The notes: generated by a model from the letters alone, not told the origin. A DNA stretch of 64,000 nt from Paracoccaceae bacterium (GCA_052387855.1 JBQTIT010000007.1:56922-120921), one strand, 5' to 3'. Counted from the stretch's first letter, positions 27,641 through 38,601 are shown. Program-made: numbers and translations.

Positions 27641-29005
27641 TCACGCCCGCTCCAACAGCCGCTGAATTTCAAAGTCGGTCACCACGCGGTCGGTTTCGGA
27701 AATCTCCCACTGCGCGGCGTGGTGGTAATGGTCGATCACGTCGTCGCCAAAGGCCTCGCGCAGCATGGCGGAGCGGTTCAGCAAATCCGCCGCCTCGCGC
27801 AGGTTGTGCGGGATCTCGCGCACGCCGCCGGCGGCGTACATGTCGCCCTTCATCTCGGGCTCCAGCGCCATCTTCTTCTCGATCCCGTCCAGCCCCGCCG
27901 CCAGCAGCGCCGCGCAGGTCAGGTAGGGGTTCACGTCAGAGCCGGGGATGCGGCATTCGACCCGGATCGCCTTGCTGTGCTCGCCGCAGACGCGAAAGCC
28001 GGCGGTGCGGTTGTCGGCCGACCAGACCGCCTTGGTGGGGGCGAACATGCCGATGGTGAACCGCTTGTAGCTGTTCACATAGGGCGCCAGAAAGACCGTG
28101 ATGTCGCGGGCATGGGCAAGCTGCCCGGCGATGTAGTGACGCATCAGGTCCGACATGCCATGCGCGCCCTTGGGGTCGTAAAAGGCCGGCTTGCCGTCCT
28201 TGGTCCACAGGCTCTGGTGGCAATGCGAGGAGGAGCCGGCCTTGCGGTGGTCATACTTGGCCATGAAGGTGGCCGACTTGCCCTTGGTCCAGGCAATCTC
28301 CTTGATGCCGTGCTTGACGATGGTGTGGTTGTCGGCGGTGTCGAGCGCGTCCGAATAGCGGTAGTTCACCTCTTCCTGGCCCGCGTCCGCCTCGCCTTTG
28401 GAATTCTCGATCGGGATGCCGGCACCGTAAAGCCCGTTGCGGATGGCGCGCATCACGTCCTCTTCCTTGGTGGTCTGGAAGATGTGGTAATCCTCGTTGT
28501 AGGCGCTGACCGGGCGCAGGCCGGAATAATGGCTGTCGCGCAGGGATTCGTAGCTGTTTTCAAAGAGATAGAATTCCAGCTCGGTCGCCATCATGGCGTC
28601 GAACCCCATGGCCGCAGCCCGGGCCACCTGGCGTTTCAGGATCTGGCGCGGCGAATGGGCCACCGGGTTGTGGTGGTGGTCCAAGAGGTCGCACAGCACC
28701 AGCGCGGTGCCCGGCAGCCAGGGCATCGGGCGCAGCGTCGACATGTCCGGCTTCATCACATAGTCGCCGTAGCCGGTCTGCCAGTTCGAGGATTTGTAGC
28801 CCTGAACCGTCGTCATCTCCATGTCGACGGCCAGAAGGTAGTTGCAGCAGTGGGTCTCCTGCCAGCCGCCATTCACGAAAAAGGCGGCGTGGAACCGCTT
28901 TCCCATCAGCCGGCCCTGCATGTCGATGGCGGCGACCAGCACCGTGTCGATCTCGCCGCGCGCGACGGCCTCTTTCAGCGCATCCAGTGTCATTGTTCCG
29001 GGCAT
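27641..29005 (-). CDS. Glutamine synthetase-family ligase (gamma-glutamyl-amine synthetase-like, PuuA/GlnA4 type)
   Basis: 454 aa with GS catalytic-domain motifs (ELEFYLF, NSKGEADAGQEEVNY, SSHCHQSLW, RIPGSDVNPY). Confidence 0.88.
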   Translation of the reverse strand: MPGTMTLDALKEAVARGEIDTVLVAAIDMQGRLMGKRFHAAFFVNGGWQETHCCNYLLAVDMEMTTVQGYKSSNWQTGYGDYVMKPDMSTLRPMPWLPGTALVLCDLLDHHHNPVAHSPRQILKRQVARAAAMGFDAMMATELEFYLFENSYESLRDSHYSGLRPVSAYNEDYHIFQTTKEEDVMRAIRNGLYGAGIPIENSKGEADAGQEEVNYRYSDALDTADNHTIVKHGIKEIAWTKGKSATFMAKYDHRKAGSSSHCHQSLWTKDGKPAFYDPKGAHGMSDLMRHYIAGQLAHARDITVFLAPYVNSYKRFTIGMFAPTKAVWSADNRTAGFRVCGEHSKAIRVECRIPGSDVNPYLTCAALLAAGLDGIEKKMALEPEMKGDMYAAGGVREIPHNLREAADLLNRSAMLREAFGDDVIDHYHHAAQWEISETDRVVTDFEIQRLLERA

Positions 29006-29397
29006 GTCCGGCTTCTCCCATGGGCTTTCCCGGATCGTGCCGGGGTCATCATCAGCGGGACCACGGTCCCAACCTGTCGCATGGCCGGGTGTTTCCGACC
29101 CTCATGGCGGCAGGGTGGTCAGCTTGCCTTGGCCTGACGCTGGATCTCGGCGATGCCGACATTCAGCACGGGCGCTTGCGCGGAAGTCTGACAAGCGAAA
29201 CGGGCGGGGCGACAGGTCCGCTCGCGCAGACGCGCCGCCGGGGCGGAAAGGTCCCGCGCCGGGTCAAAGCGCTTTGCGATGGTCTTGGCGGCCTTGGGCG
29301 ACATTCCCGGGGGTCATTCCGTTCTTTTGATCAAACCAAATCCTTTCGCGGGCGACTGTCAACCGGGAATCCACCGCGACCCGGGGCCGGGAAAGGC

Positions 29398-30300
29398 TCA
29401 GGCCGCGCGTGCCTTTGCGGCCGCGCCGGACAGGCCGTTGAACACTACCGCTGCGGTCAGGATGGCGCCGCCCAGAAAGGTGCCGGCGGTCGCCCGTTCG
29501 TCCAGAAAGAAGAACACCCAGACCGGGCTCATCAGCACCTCGATCTGGCTGAGCAGCGTCAGTTCGGCCGCCGGGATGCCTTTGGAGCCGATGGTGTACA
29601 TCGACAGCCCAAGACCCACCACCAGCGCCCCGATCGCCATGGCGATGCCGATGTCGGACGCCGACAGTCCGAGCCCGAGGCCACGCGCGCCCTGCACCCC
29701 GGCCGCCACGATCATCGAAAAGACCGCGCCCAGAAAGACCGCCGGCAGCATGTCTTCCAGCCGGTGCCAGCGCAGCGCGATGGTAAAGGCGGCAAAGCCG
29801 AGCGCCGAGATCAGCGCCGCGATGTTGCCGTCAAGCGCGCCGGCGGAAAGCCCCTCGCGCACCATGACGAACATGCCAAGCACGGCAAGCCCGATCGAGG
29901 CCCAGGTCGCCCCGCGCACCCGCTCGCCCAGGATCAGCCAGCCCAGCACGGCGGCAAAGAAAGGCGAGGCCGAGAACAGGAAGACCGCGTTGGCGATGGT
30001 GGTGGCCTGCATCGAATAGATCGAGCCGGCAAAGGCAAGGACCAGCCCGAGCCCGCCGACGATGCCGGATATCCCGGCGCGGCGCAGGGCCTCCGCCGGC
30101 CGCCCGCCCGAGGACAGGCTGATGGCCAGCAACAGCGCCGGCGCGGTGCCGGCCGAGCGCCAGAACAGGATCGCCCAGGTGTCGGTGCTGTCGATCTGGC
30201 GGATCGCCAGCCCCTGCGTGGACCAGATCAGCCCCGCCAGGACCACCAGGATGACGCCCGTTCCGTATTTCATTCCTGCCCCCGATTTTGCGCCAGTCAA
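29398..30300 (-). CDS. DMT/EamA-family transporter
   Basis: 300 aa, about 10 TM helices, with duplicated EamA halves (LGERV...). Confidence 0.85.
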   Translation of the reverse strand: MTGAKSGAGMKYGTGVILVVLAGLIWSTQGLAIRQIDSTDTWAILFWRSAGTAPALLLAISLSSGGRPAEALRRAGISGIVGGLGLVLAFAGSIYSMQATTIANAVFLFSASPFFAAVLGWLILGERVRGATWASIGLAVLGMFVMVREGLSAGALDGNIAALISALGFAAFTIALRWHRLEDMLPAVFLGAVFSMIVAAGVQGARGLGLGLSASDIGIAMAIGALVVGLGLSMYTIGSKGIPAAELTLLSQIEVLMSPVWVFFFLDERATAGTFLGGAILTAAVVFNGLSGAAAKARAA

Positions 30301-30367
30301 CGCGGCGGGCCTGGCCGCGTCTGTTCTGAATGCGACCCCGCTGCCCCGGATTGTCTGGCCGCCGCAG

Positions 30368-30427
30368 GCGGGGGTTTCACACCCCCGCGCCGGTTTGTGC
30401 CAAACCGGCTTCCCCCGTGGGATAGAT
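30368..30427 (-). repeat. REP-like intergenic hairpin element, copy 2 (inverted relative to copy 1)
   Basis: GCGGGGGTTTCACACCCCCGC + GCCGGTTTGTGCCAAACCGGC + CCCCCGTGGGATA. The reverse complement matches the 22718-22775 element. Confidence 0.55.
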
Positions 30428-30480
30428 GGGCCAAAGTGAAAACGGACAGGGGAGGGGGCGGGCCCCGCCGCGCCGGGGCG

Positions 30481-31410
30481 TCAATAGCCGCGCGCGCGGT
30501 CCACCAGATGCAGGAACGGCTCGCCCGCCTGGCCACGCCGGATGTTTTCGGCGATGACGCCGGCGGCGGTGTCGGGGCGGGTATCGGCCGCGATATGCGG
30601 CGAGACGGTGATGCGCGGATGCGCCCAGAAGGGGTGATCGGGAGGCAGGGGCTCGGTTCGGAAGACATCCAGTGTGGCCGCGCCGATCTGGCCGCTGTCC
30701 AGGGCGGCGAGAAGGGCGGCATCGTCGATGAGCGCGCCGCGGCCGGGGTTAAGCACCACCGCCCCCGGCTTTGTCCAGGCCAGGCTGCGGGCATTCAGGG
30801 TGTTTTCCGTCTGCGGCGTGCGCGGCAGCAGCGTCACGACAAAGTCGGCCCCGTCCAGCACCGCGCGCAGGCCATCCGGCCCATGGTGGCAGGTCAGGCC
30901 GGAAAGGGTCCTGGCGCTGCGCCCCCAGCCCTCGACGCGAAAGTTGAGCGCCATCAGCGCCCGCGCGCAGGCCTCGCCCAGGGCGCCGATGCCCAGCATG
31001 GCCACCTTGCGGTCGCGCGCCAAGGGCGGGCAGGTGGGGTCCCAGACATGCCCGGGGTTGTGGCTGTAGCGGTCCAGGCCCAGATGGTGGCGCAGGGTAT
31101 GGCCGGTCACCCATTCGACCATCCCCTCGGTCAGGGCCGGATCGACCATGCGGCAGAGCGGCATGGTCAGGGTCGGGTTGGGGGCGATCCGCTCGACCCC
31201 GGCCCAGAGCGACAGGACCGCCCGGGTGCTTGTATAGGGCGAGAAGTCCTGCAGGCTCGCCGAGGGGGCATAGACGATGTAGTCGACCTCTTCCGCCGGT
31301 GCCTCTTGCACCAGGCGCGCGGCCAGGCCGGCGCGGGCCAGGGCGGTTTCAAGATGCGGGCGGTAGCGCGTCCAGTTGGCGGGGCCTGCGGCCATCAGGA
31401 TCGTCAGCAT
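30481..31410 (-). CDS. D-2-hydroxyacid dehydrogenase (glyoxylate/hydroxypyruvate reductase A-like)
   Basis: NAD-binding region LGIGALGEACA, plus LLPRTPQTENTL and NPGRGALID...LDVFRTEPLP...PHIAA. Confidence 0.85.
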   Translation of the reverse strand: MLTILMAAGPANWTRYRPHLETALARAGLAARLVQEAPAEEVDYIVYAPSASLQDFSPYTSTRAVLSLWAGVERIAPNPTLTMPLCRMVDPALTEGMVEWVTGHTLRHHLGLDRYSHNPGHVWDPTCPPLARDRKVAMLGIGALGEACARALMALNFRVEGWGRSARTLSGLTCHHGPDGLRAVLDGADFVVTLLPRTPQTENTLNARSLAWTKPGAVVLNPGRGALIDDAALLAALDSGQIGAATLDVFRTEPLPPDHPFWAHPRITVSPHIAADTRPDTAAGVIAENIRRGQAGEPFLHLVDRARGY

Positions 31411-31443
31411 GTCGTCATCCTCGTCTGTTGGAATGCGCGAGCC

Positions 31444-32583
31444 CTATCGGGGGCGGTGGACGATGGCGCTTTGCACCAGGCCAAAGGCCAGGAGCAGCAC
31501 CAGCGTGGCGGAGCCGCCGTAAGACAGGAAGGGCAGCGGCACGCCCACGACCGGCGCCATTCCCATCACCATCGACAGGTTCACCGCGATGTAGAGAAAG
31601 AAGTTGACCGCCACGCCAAGGATGAAGAGCTGGCTGAAGCGGTCCTTGTTCTGCACCGCGGCCCAGATCAGGAACACCAGGATCAGCGTGTAAAGCCCCA
31701 GAAGCGAAAGCGCCCCGACAAAGCCGAACTCTTCGCCCAGGGTGGTAAAGATGAAGTCTGTCTGCTTTTCCGGCAGAAAGTTCAGCCGCGACTGGGTGCC
31801 TTGCATGAAGCCCTTGCCCGACCAGCCGCCCGATCCCAGCGCGATCTTGGCCTGGATGATGTTGTAGCCCGCGCCAAGCGGGTCGGCGGAGGGGTCAAGA
31901 AAGGTGTCGATGCGCCGGTACTGGTAGTCGTGCAGGAACTGCCAGGCCGTGCCACGGGTCAGGAAGACCGAGGCGACGGCGCCGCCGCCAAGGGCCGCTG
32001 CCGCCCCGAAGTACCACCAGCTTACCCCGGCCGCGAACATCACCGCCAGGCCGGCCAGCATCAGCATCACCGCCGTGCCCAGGTTGGGCTGCGCAAGCAC
32101 CAGCGCCGTCGGCGCCGCGATCAGCGCCAGTGGCAGCGCCACCCAGAGCGGGCGCGAGACCCGCTTGTCATCCAGCCAGTCGTAATAGGCGGCCAGCATC
32201 AGGACCAGATTGACCTTCATCAATTCCGAGGGTTGCAGGCGGATGAACCCGAGGTCGATCCAGCGCTGGGCGCCCATGCCGACCGCGCCGAAGAATTCGA
32301 CCACCACCAGCAGCAGAAAGCACAGCGCATAGCCCAGGGCCGAGACGTTGCGCCAGAACCAGATCGGTGTCAGGGCCACGGCAATGCAGATCACGAAGCC
32401 GGCGGCGTAGCGCTTCATCTGCGGCTCGGCCCAGGTTTCGATGGTGCCGCCGGCGATGGAGTACAGCATCACCCAGCCGATGGCGGCCACGGCCGTGATG
32501 GCCAGAAGCAGCGCCCAGTTCAGATAGAGGATCTTTGATATCCCCGTGGGCACCGTCTTGAGCCGGTATTCGAGAAAGCTCAT
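31444..32583 (-). CDS. rodA: Peptidoglycan glycosyltransferase RodA (SEDS family)
   Basis: 379-aa multi-TM protein with motifs QPSELMK, GSGGWSGKGFMQGTQS and TDFIFT. 4-nt overlap with mrdA. Confidence 0.92.
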   Translation of the reverse strand: MSFLEYRLKTVPTGISKILYLNWALLLAITAVAAIGWVMLYSIAGGTIETWAEPQMKRYAAGFVICIAVALTPIWFWRNVSALGYALCFLLLVVVEFFGAVGMGAQRWIDLGFIRLQPSELMKVNLVLMLAAYYDWLDDKRVSRPLWVALPLALIAAPTALVLAQPNLGTAVMLMLAGLAVMFAAGVSWWYFGAAAALGGGAVASVFLTRGTAWQFLHDYQYRRIDTFLDPSADPLGAGYNIIQAKIALGSGGWSGKGFMQGTQSRLNFLPEKQTDFIFTTLGEEFGFVGALSLLGLYTLILVFLIWAAVQNKDRFSQLFILGVAVNFFLYIAVNLSMVMGMAPVVGVPLPFLSYGGSATLVLLLAFGLVQSAIVHRPR

Positions 32584-34523
32584 GCCCGCCCCCCCGTGGA
32601 GGTGACCTTGCCGGCCTCGCGCAGCGGCAGCGCGTTGAGCAGCGTCTCCATCCGGCCGCGCTGGCTTTCGGGATAGGCGGTCAGGGGCGGCACCCCGCCG
32701 GCAAGGGCGCTTAGGATGGCGTCACGGGCGATCGGGGCGGCGGCCACCGATCCGCCGCCGCCATGTTCGACCACCACCGCCACGGCATAGCGTGGCTTGT
32801 CGGCGGGCGCGTAGCCGACGAAAAGCGCGTGGTCGCGGCGGCTCCAGGGCAGGTCCTCGTTCGCGACCACGCCGTCGGCGCGCTCGGCCGCCGAGATGTT
32901 GCGGACCTGGCTGGTTCCGGTCTTGCCGGCCATCAGCATCGCGGGGTCCGCAACCCGGCTTGACAGCGCCGTGCCGCGTTCGTCGTTGACAACGGCCAGA
33001 AGGCCCTCGCGCACGGCGGCCAGATGGTCGGGGTCGATGTCAAGCGGCGGGGCGGGCGGGGGCTCGATCGGGATGCCGCCGGCGGCGCGGATCAGGCGCG
33101 GCACCACGGCCCGCCCCGAGGCGACGCGCGCGGTCATCACCGCCAGTTGCAGCGGCGTGGCCAGCACGAAGCCCTGCCCGATCGAGGCGTTGATCGTGTC
33201 GCCGACGAACCAGTCCTGGTTGTAACGCTCAAGCTTCCAGGCCTTGCTGGGCAGCATGCCGGCAGAGATCGCCGACATCGGCAGCTCATGGCGCAGGCCC
33301 AGGCCCAGCTCGCGCCCCATGGCAGAGATCTTTTCGATGCCGACGGCCTGTGCGATCTCGTAATAGAAGATGTCGCAGCTTTCGGCGAGCGACTTGCGGA
33401 AATCCACCCGTCCGTGGCCGCCGGATTTCCAGCAGTGAAACCTGCGGTCGTTGCTTTCGATCGAGCCGGTGCATCGCGTGGTGTGGTCGGGCGTGATCTG
33501 CCCGTCGCGCAGCGCCGCCAGCGCGGTCACGATCTTGAAGGTCGAGCCCGGCGGATAGGCGCCCTGCACCACCTTGTTGGCCAGCGGCAGCCGTTCGTTT
33601 TCTGTCAGCACGCGATAATTGCCGAACGAGATGCCCCGGACAAAGAGGTTGGGGTCGAAACTGGGCGACGAGGCCGCCGCGATGATGTCGCCGTTCTCGA
33701 CATCCAGCACCACGCAGGCGGCGCTTTCCTCGCCCAGTCGGGCCTGGATGAAATTCTGTACCGCCGCGTTCAGGGTGGTGGTCAGATCCGTCCCCGGCTC
33801 GCCCTCGATCCGCTCAAGCTCGCGCATGACGCGGCCGACGGCATTCACCTCCAGCCGCCGGGTGCCGGCCGCGCCGCGCAAATCGTCCTCTTTCCAGCGC
33901 TCGACCCCGATCTTGCCGATCTGGAAATCGGGGATGCGCAGGATGGGATCGGGAAACTCTTCTCCCTCAAGGTCCCGTTCCGACACCGGACCGACATAGC
34001 CCAGCACATGGGCAAAATCCAGATCGCGCGGGTAGATGCGCGACAGACCGACCTCTGGCGTCACGCCGGGCAGGGCGGGGGCGTTCAGCGCGATCTTGGA
34101 AAAATCTTCCCAGCTCAGCCGGTCGGCGATGGTGATCGGCAAGAAGGGCGCATTGCGCTTGAGATCCCTGCGCAGCCGCTCAAGATCGCTGGCGGTCAGC
34201 GGAATGAGATGGCTGAGCCGGTTCAACACCATCTCGGTATCGCCCGCGCCCTCGCGCGTCATCACGACACGGTAGTTCTGCTCGTTTCCCGCCAGAACCT
34301 CGCCGCTGCGGTCCAGGATCAACCCGCGCGCGGGGGGGACAAGCTGGGTGCTGACGCGGTTCTCTTCGGCCAGAAGCTTGAACTCGCCCGCCTGCCGCAC
34401 CGCCAGGGTGTGCATGCGCACTCCCAGACCGACCATCATCGCGCCCATCGCGCCGCTCATCAACAGGCTGCGCCGGGTAAAGCGGCGGTTGCCAGCGTCA
34501 AGATCGCGGGGAGAGCGGCTCAT
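32580..34523 (-). CDS. mrdA: Penicillin-binding protein 2 (elongasome transpeptidase)
   Basis: PPARGLILDRSG, STFK active-site motif (PPGSTFKIVTA), SIGQG and KTGTSQV. Start set at ATG 34523, because the upstream ORF extension is Arg/Gly-rich read-through overlapping mreD. Confidence 0.92.
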   Translation of the reverse strand: MSRSPRDLDAGNRRFTRRSLLMSGAMGAMMVGLGVRMHTLAVRQAGEFKLLAEENRVSTQLVPPARGLILDRSGEVLAGNEQNYRVVMTREGAGDTEMVLNRLSHLIPLTASDLERLRRDLKRNAPFLPITIADRLSWEDFSKIALNAPALPGVTPEVGLSRIYPRDLDFAHVLGYVGPVSERDLEGEEFPDPILRIPDFQIGKIGVERWKEDDLRGAAGTRRLEVNAVGRVMRELERIEGEPGTDLTTTLNAAVQNFIQARLGEESAACVVLDVENGDIIAAASSPSFDPNLFVRGISFGNYRVLTENERLPLANKVVQGAYPPGSTFKIVTALAALRDGQITPDHTTRCTGSIESNDRRFHCWKSGGHGRVDFRKSLAESCDIFYYEIAQAVGIEKISAMGRELGLGLRHELPMSAISAGMLPSKAWKLERYNQDWFVGDTINASIGQGFVLATPLQLAVMTARVASGRAVVPRLIRAAGGIPIEPPPAPPLDIDPDHLAAVREGLLAVVNDERGTALSSRVADPAMLMAGKTGTSQVRNISAAERADGVVANEDLPWSRRDHALFVGYAPADKPRYAVAVVVEHGGGGSVAAAPIARDAILSALAGGVPPLTAYPESQRGRMETLLNALPLREAGKVTSTGGRA

Positions 34524-35059
34524 AGCCGGCGCCCCGCGGCATCGATCTCGCCCATGGCGGGCTTGTGCAGGCCAAAGACCAGCACCGACACGCCGACGAC
34601 CAGCGGATAGCACAGGATCGTGGCCAGAAGCTGCCAGAGCGTGGCATCGGCCGGAACCCCAGGCAGGCCCGCGACGCCCAGGACCAACCCGTTGGCCAGC
34701 GCCATCGCGGCCATCACCAGGCTTGCCAGCAGCCATTCGGCGCCGAAATTCAGCTCGCGCGCAAGGCTGGTGCGGCTGCGCAGGAACTCGGCCCCCGCCA
34801 CGACGAGCGCCGCCCAAAGCCCCGGCGGGCGCATCAGCAACAGATCCTCGGTCAGGATGACCGCCGCCACCAGCCAGAAGGGCAGAAAATCGGGGCGGCG
34901 CATGGTCCAGCAAAAGACGATGGCGGGCAACAGGTCCGGTCCGGGCCAGACATCATCCGCGGGCGGGCCAGGCAGCAGGCGCCAGAAGAGGACGACCAGC
35001 GCCAGAGCCACGAACAGCAGCCGGTGTCCCAGCGTCGCGCCGATGAGACGGTCAGCCAT
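34520..35059 (-). CDS. mreD: Rod shape-determining protein MreD
   Basis: 179-aa hydrophobic protein located between mreC and mrdA. The start overlaps the mreC stop by 8 nt. Confidence 0.8.
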   Translation of the reverse strand: MADRLIGATLGHRLLFVALALVVLFWRLLPGPPADDVWPGPDLLPAIVFCWTMRRPDFLPFWLVAAVILTEDLLLMRPPGLWAALVVAGAEFLRSRTSLARELNFGAEWLLASLVMAAMALANGLVLGVAGLPGVPADATLWQLLATILCYPLVVGVSVLVFGLHKPAMGEIDAAGRRL

Positions 35060-36023
35060 CGCCAGGCTCCCCGGCTGCTTCCGCATCGCCCGAAACCACG
35101 CCGGGGCGAAAGTTTTCGGGCACCAGCGGGCCCTGCATCCCCTCGGGCAGCGGCCGCAGCGGCGAGGGCGCGATCAGCGCGCCGGCATCGGTGATCGGCT
35201 CGATCCGGTGGCTGCGCAGGACGCGCAGAAACTCCAGCCGCTGGTAATCGGCCGCCAGGATCACCCGCAGCCGCCCCTCGGCATCGCGGGCCACCTGCCC
35301 GACCAGCAGCCCGGCGGGAAAAACCTCGCCATCGCCCGAGGTCACCACCCGGTCGCCGGGGCTGATCGCGCCCGGATCCTCAAGAAACTCCAGCGCCGGC
35401 AGCGAGGAGTTGTCGCCCGACAGGATGCCCCGCTGCCCCGAGGGGCGCACCGTGACCGGCACGCGGCTGTTGGCGTCGGTCAAGAGGATCACGCGCGCCG
35501 ACCGCTCGCCCACGCCCGAGATGCGGCCCACCAGACCGATCCCGTCCATCGTGGCCCAGCCGTCCTGAATCCCGTCGCGGGCGCCCACGTTCAGCAGCAC
35601 CGACTGGCGGAACGGGCTGCCGCTGTCGGCCAGCACGACGCCGGTCACATGGGTCAGCATCGGGTCAAGCCGCACCTTGTTCAGGTCAAGCAGCCGGGCG
35701 TTCTTTTGTTCAAGCTGAAGCGCAGCCTCTTTCCAGGCCTTCATCTTCTGCAACTCGTCGCGCAACTGCTGGTTCTGTTCGTAAAGGCGGGCATAGGACT
35801 GAAAATCATCGATCATGCCCATGGCATGGGTCACCGGCAGCATGACCCAGGAAAACGACGGCACCAGGCGGTCGACCAGGGCGGCGCGGAACCGGTCGAC
35901 CCGGGGGCTGTCGATGCGCCAGATCAGAAAGACGGCGATCAGCAGCAAGAGCACAAGCGCCACCAGCACGCGCCGAAGCGGGCGGGTGAATTCCTCGGGC
36001 TGGTTGGTGCGCGCCTTGCTCAT
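35052..36023 (-). CDS. mreC: Rod shape-determining protein MreC
   Basis: N-terminal TM segment, a coiled coil (LYEQNQQLRDELQKMKAWKEAALQLEQKN), beta-rich domains and operon position. Confidence 0.9.
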   Translation of the reverse strand: MSKARTNQPEEFTRPLRRVLVALVLLLLIAVFLIWRIDSPRVDRFRAALVDRLVPSFSWVMLPVTHAMGMIDDFQSYARLYEQNQQLRDELQKMKAWKEAALQLEQKNARLLDLNKVRLDPMLTHVTGVVLADSGSPFRQSVLLNVGARDGIQDGWATMDGIGLVGRISGVGERSARVILLTDANSRVPVTVRPSGQRGILSGDNSSLPALEFLEDPGAISPGDRVVTSGDGEVFPAGLLVGQVARDAEGRLRVILAADYQRLEFLRVLRSHRIEPITDAGALIAPSPLRPLPEGMQGPLVPENFRPGVVSGDAEAAGEPGDG

Positions 36024-36060
36024 GCGGGGCCTTGCCGTGGAGCGGCCCGTTCAGGGCCGG

Positions 36061-37116
<1,056 letters not shown>

Positions 37117-37202
37117 TCAGATCAGCCCTGAGTCGGAGCGATTCCGGCGGGCACTTTCTTTTAGGGGCATGTGACGCCGGGCGAAAGCCCCGGCACCCAA
37201 GG

Positions 37203-38324
37203 CTACGGCTTTCCGCCGATCTTGAGGATTTTCAACCAGAGTCGCGCGAATGGGGACGGTTTTTGGAATGGGACTTTTGCAATTCGAACAATATCAGGTT
37301 CTGCCGCGCGTTCTGCCGGCGGCTTCGCGGGGGGCGGGGGTCGTGCTTTTGGCACGGGGATGGCAAGAAATTCCGCCAGATAGGGGTCCAGCGCCTTGCG
37401 GTCGGGTTCAAAGGGCGTCCAGCTTTCGGCGTCCGGAAAGCTTTCAAGGTCCAGAAACGCCACCGGATCGCGGATGCCCATCGCGTCAAACATCTCGCGG
37501 TCGGCGGCAAGCCCGGCCTGGTTCAAGGCGCGGCGCTCGGCGGGGGAAAGGAAAAAGCGGCTGGCATCGGGGGGCACCGGCAAGGGGTGGTCGGCGAAAT
37601 GCGCCAGGAGCCGCCTTTTCTGCCTGCGCTCCCTGACCTGCGACAGTAGCCAGCCGTGCGAACGGGACAGGCGGACGTTCCTGCTCTCTTCCCTGCGGTT
37701 GATCATCAGCGGCCAAATCTCGGGACGACCGAGAGCGGTGAAGAAGTCCGCTCCCAGGGCCCCGTCCACCCGCAAGAGGGGATTATGGGGCCGGATGGTC
37801 AGGGCCCCGGCGCCATAGGCTGCGATCAGCGGCGCAAGACGGGGGAGCAGACCCAGGTCGACGTCATGATAGGGCGACGTGAACGGCCCGATATCCCAGT
37901 CCTTGACCGCCTGCGACCAAACGCTTTCGGACAATTCGTCGTAGCGGCGCAGGTACACCACAAAGCACGGTCGCGGGTTCTGCGCGAGCAACTCGGCCTC
38001 GCAAGCAAGCGCCGCAATCCACGAAGGCGTGCTGAAATGCTCGGCCGACAACAGCAGTGCCGGGCAGGGCGCGGACAGGTCAAGATGCTGGTCAAGTGCC
38101 TGGGCCAGCGGCAGTCCGGGCGCGGATTTGTTGACGGCGGTGGTATGGTTCCCGTCGCGCAGGGCGGCCAAAGTGGGATCCCGGTAATCAGGAAAGTGGA
38201 TTCCCGCGCCGTGCAGGGCGTCGGCATTGGCGCGCATCAGCGCCTGAAGAAATGATGTACCGGTCTTGTGCAGCCCGATATGGAACAGAAGCTCGCGGTA
38301 GTCGCTGAAACGGGCGGCGCGCAT
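37203..38324 (-). CDS. Sulfotransferase-fold protein, paralogue of module 1 of the 10967-13171 gene
   Basis: LLFHIGLHKTGTSFLQ, LLSAEHF, VVYLRRYDELSESVW and RFFLSPAERRAL align by eye with LHVGMDKTGTTAIQ, LLSSECL, IVYLRRQDTWVESRY and RFFVSPRQAAQL. Pro/Lys-rich C-terminal tail. Confidence 0.7.
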   Translation of the reverse strand: MRAARFSDYRELLFHIGLHKTGTSFLQALMRANADALHGAGIHFPDYRDPTLAALRDGNHTTAVNKSAPGLPLAQALDQHLDLSAPCPALLLSAEHFSTPSWIAALACEAELLAQNPRPCFVVYLRRYDELSESVWSQAVKDWDIGPFTSPYHDVDLGLLPRLAPLIAAYGAGALTIRPHNPLLRVDGALGADFFTALGRPEIWPLMINRREESRNVRLSRSHGWLLSQVRERRQKRRLLAHFADHPLPVPPDASRFFLSPAERRALNQAGLAADREMFDAMGIRDPVAFLDLESFPDAESWTPFEPDRKALDPYLAEFLAIPVPKARPPPPAKPPAERAAEPDIVRIAKVPFQKPSPFARLWLKILKIGGKP

Positions 38325-38557
38325 GGTCGACCTGCCTTTTTCCCGGAAATGGGCCCTGCCCGCGCCCGTATGTTTGCACCTGCTTGAAATACGTCCCTTG
38401 TCGATGAAATCTTTATGTCGCCGTCAGGGTGCGATTTCAAGTGGCACAGCTTCTTGCGGTTGAGCGCGGCCAAAAGGCCGCCGGCTGGCGCACCTTTGAA
38501 CCAATTCCGGCATCATTCCCTTGCCGCGGTCGGTGACCGCGGTCCATGACGCGACAA

Positions 38558-38589
38558 GGGCCGCCCCGGCACAAATGGCGGGGCGGCCC
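38558..38589 (-). terminator. GC-rich hairpin downstream of leuA (candidate intrinsic terminator)
   Basis: GGGCCGCCCCG-N10-CGGGGCGGCCC, an 11-bp stem starting 13 nt after the leuA stop. The distal T-tract is weak (TTGTCGCG). Confidence 0.45.
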
Positions 38590-38601
38590 CGGTCGGCCCT
38601 C

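Noticed and set aside
29006-29120. A sigma-54 (GG-N10-GC) promoter upstream of the glutamine-synthetase-like gene.
   Set aside because: The only GGCAC-like string (CGGCACGATCCGGGAAAGC on the minus strand) lacks the GC element at the correct spacing.
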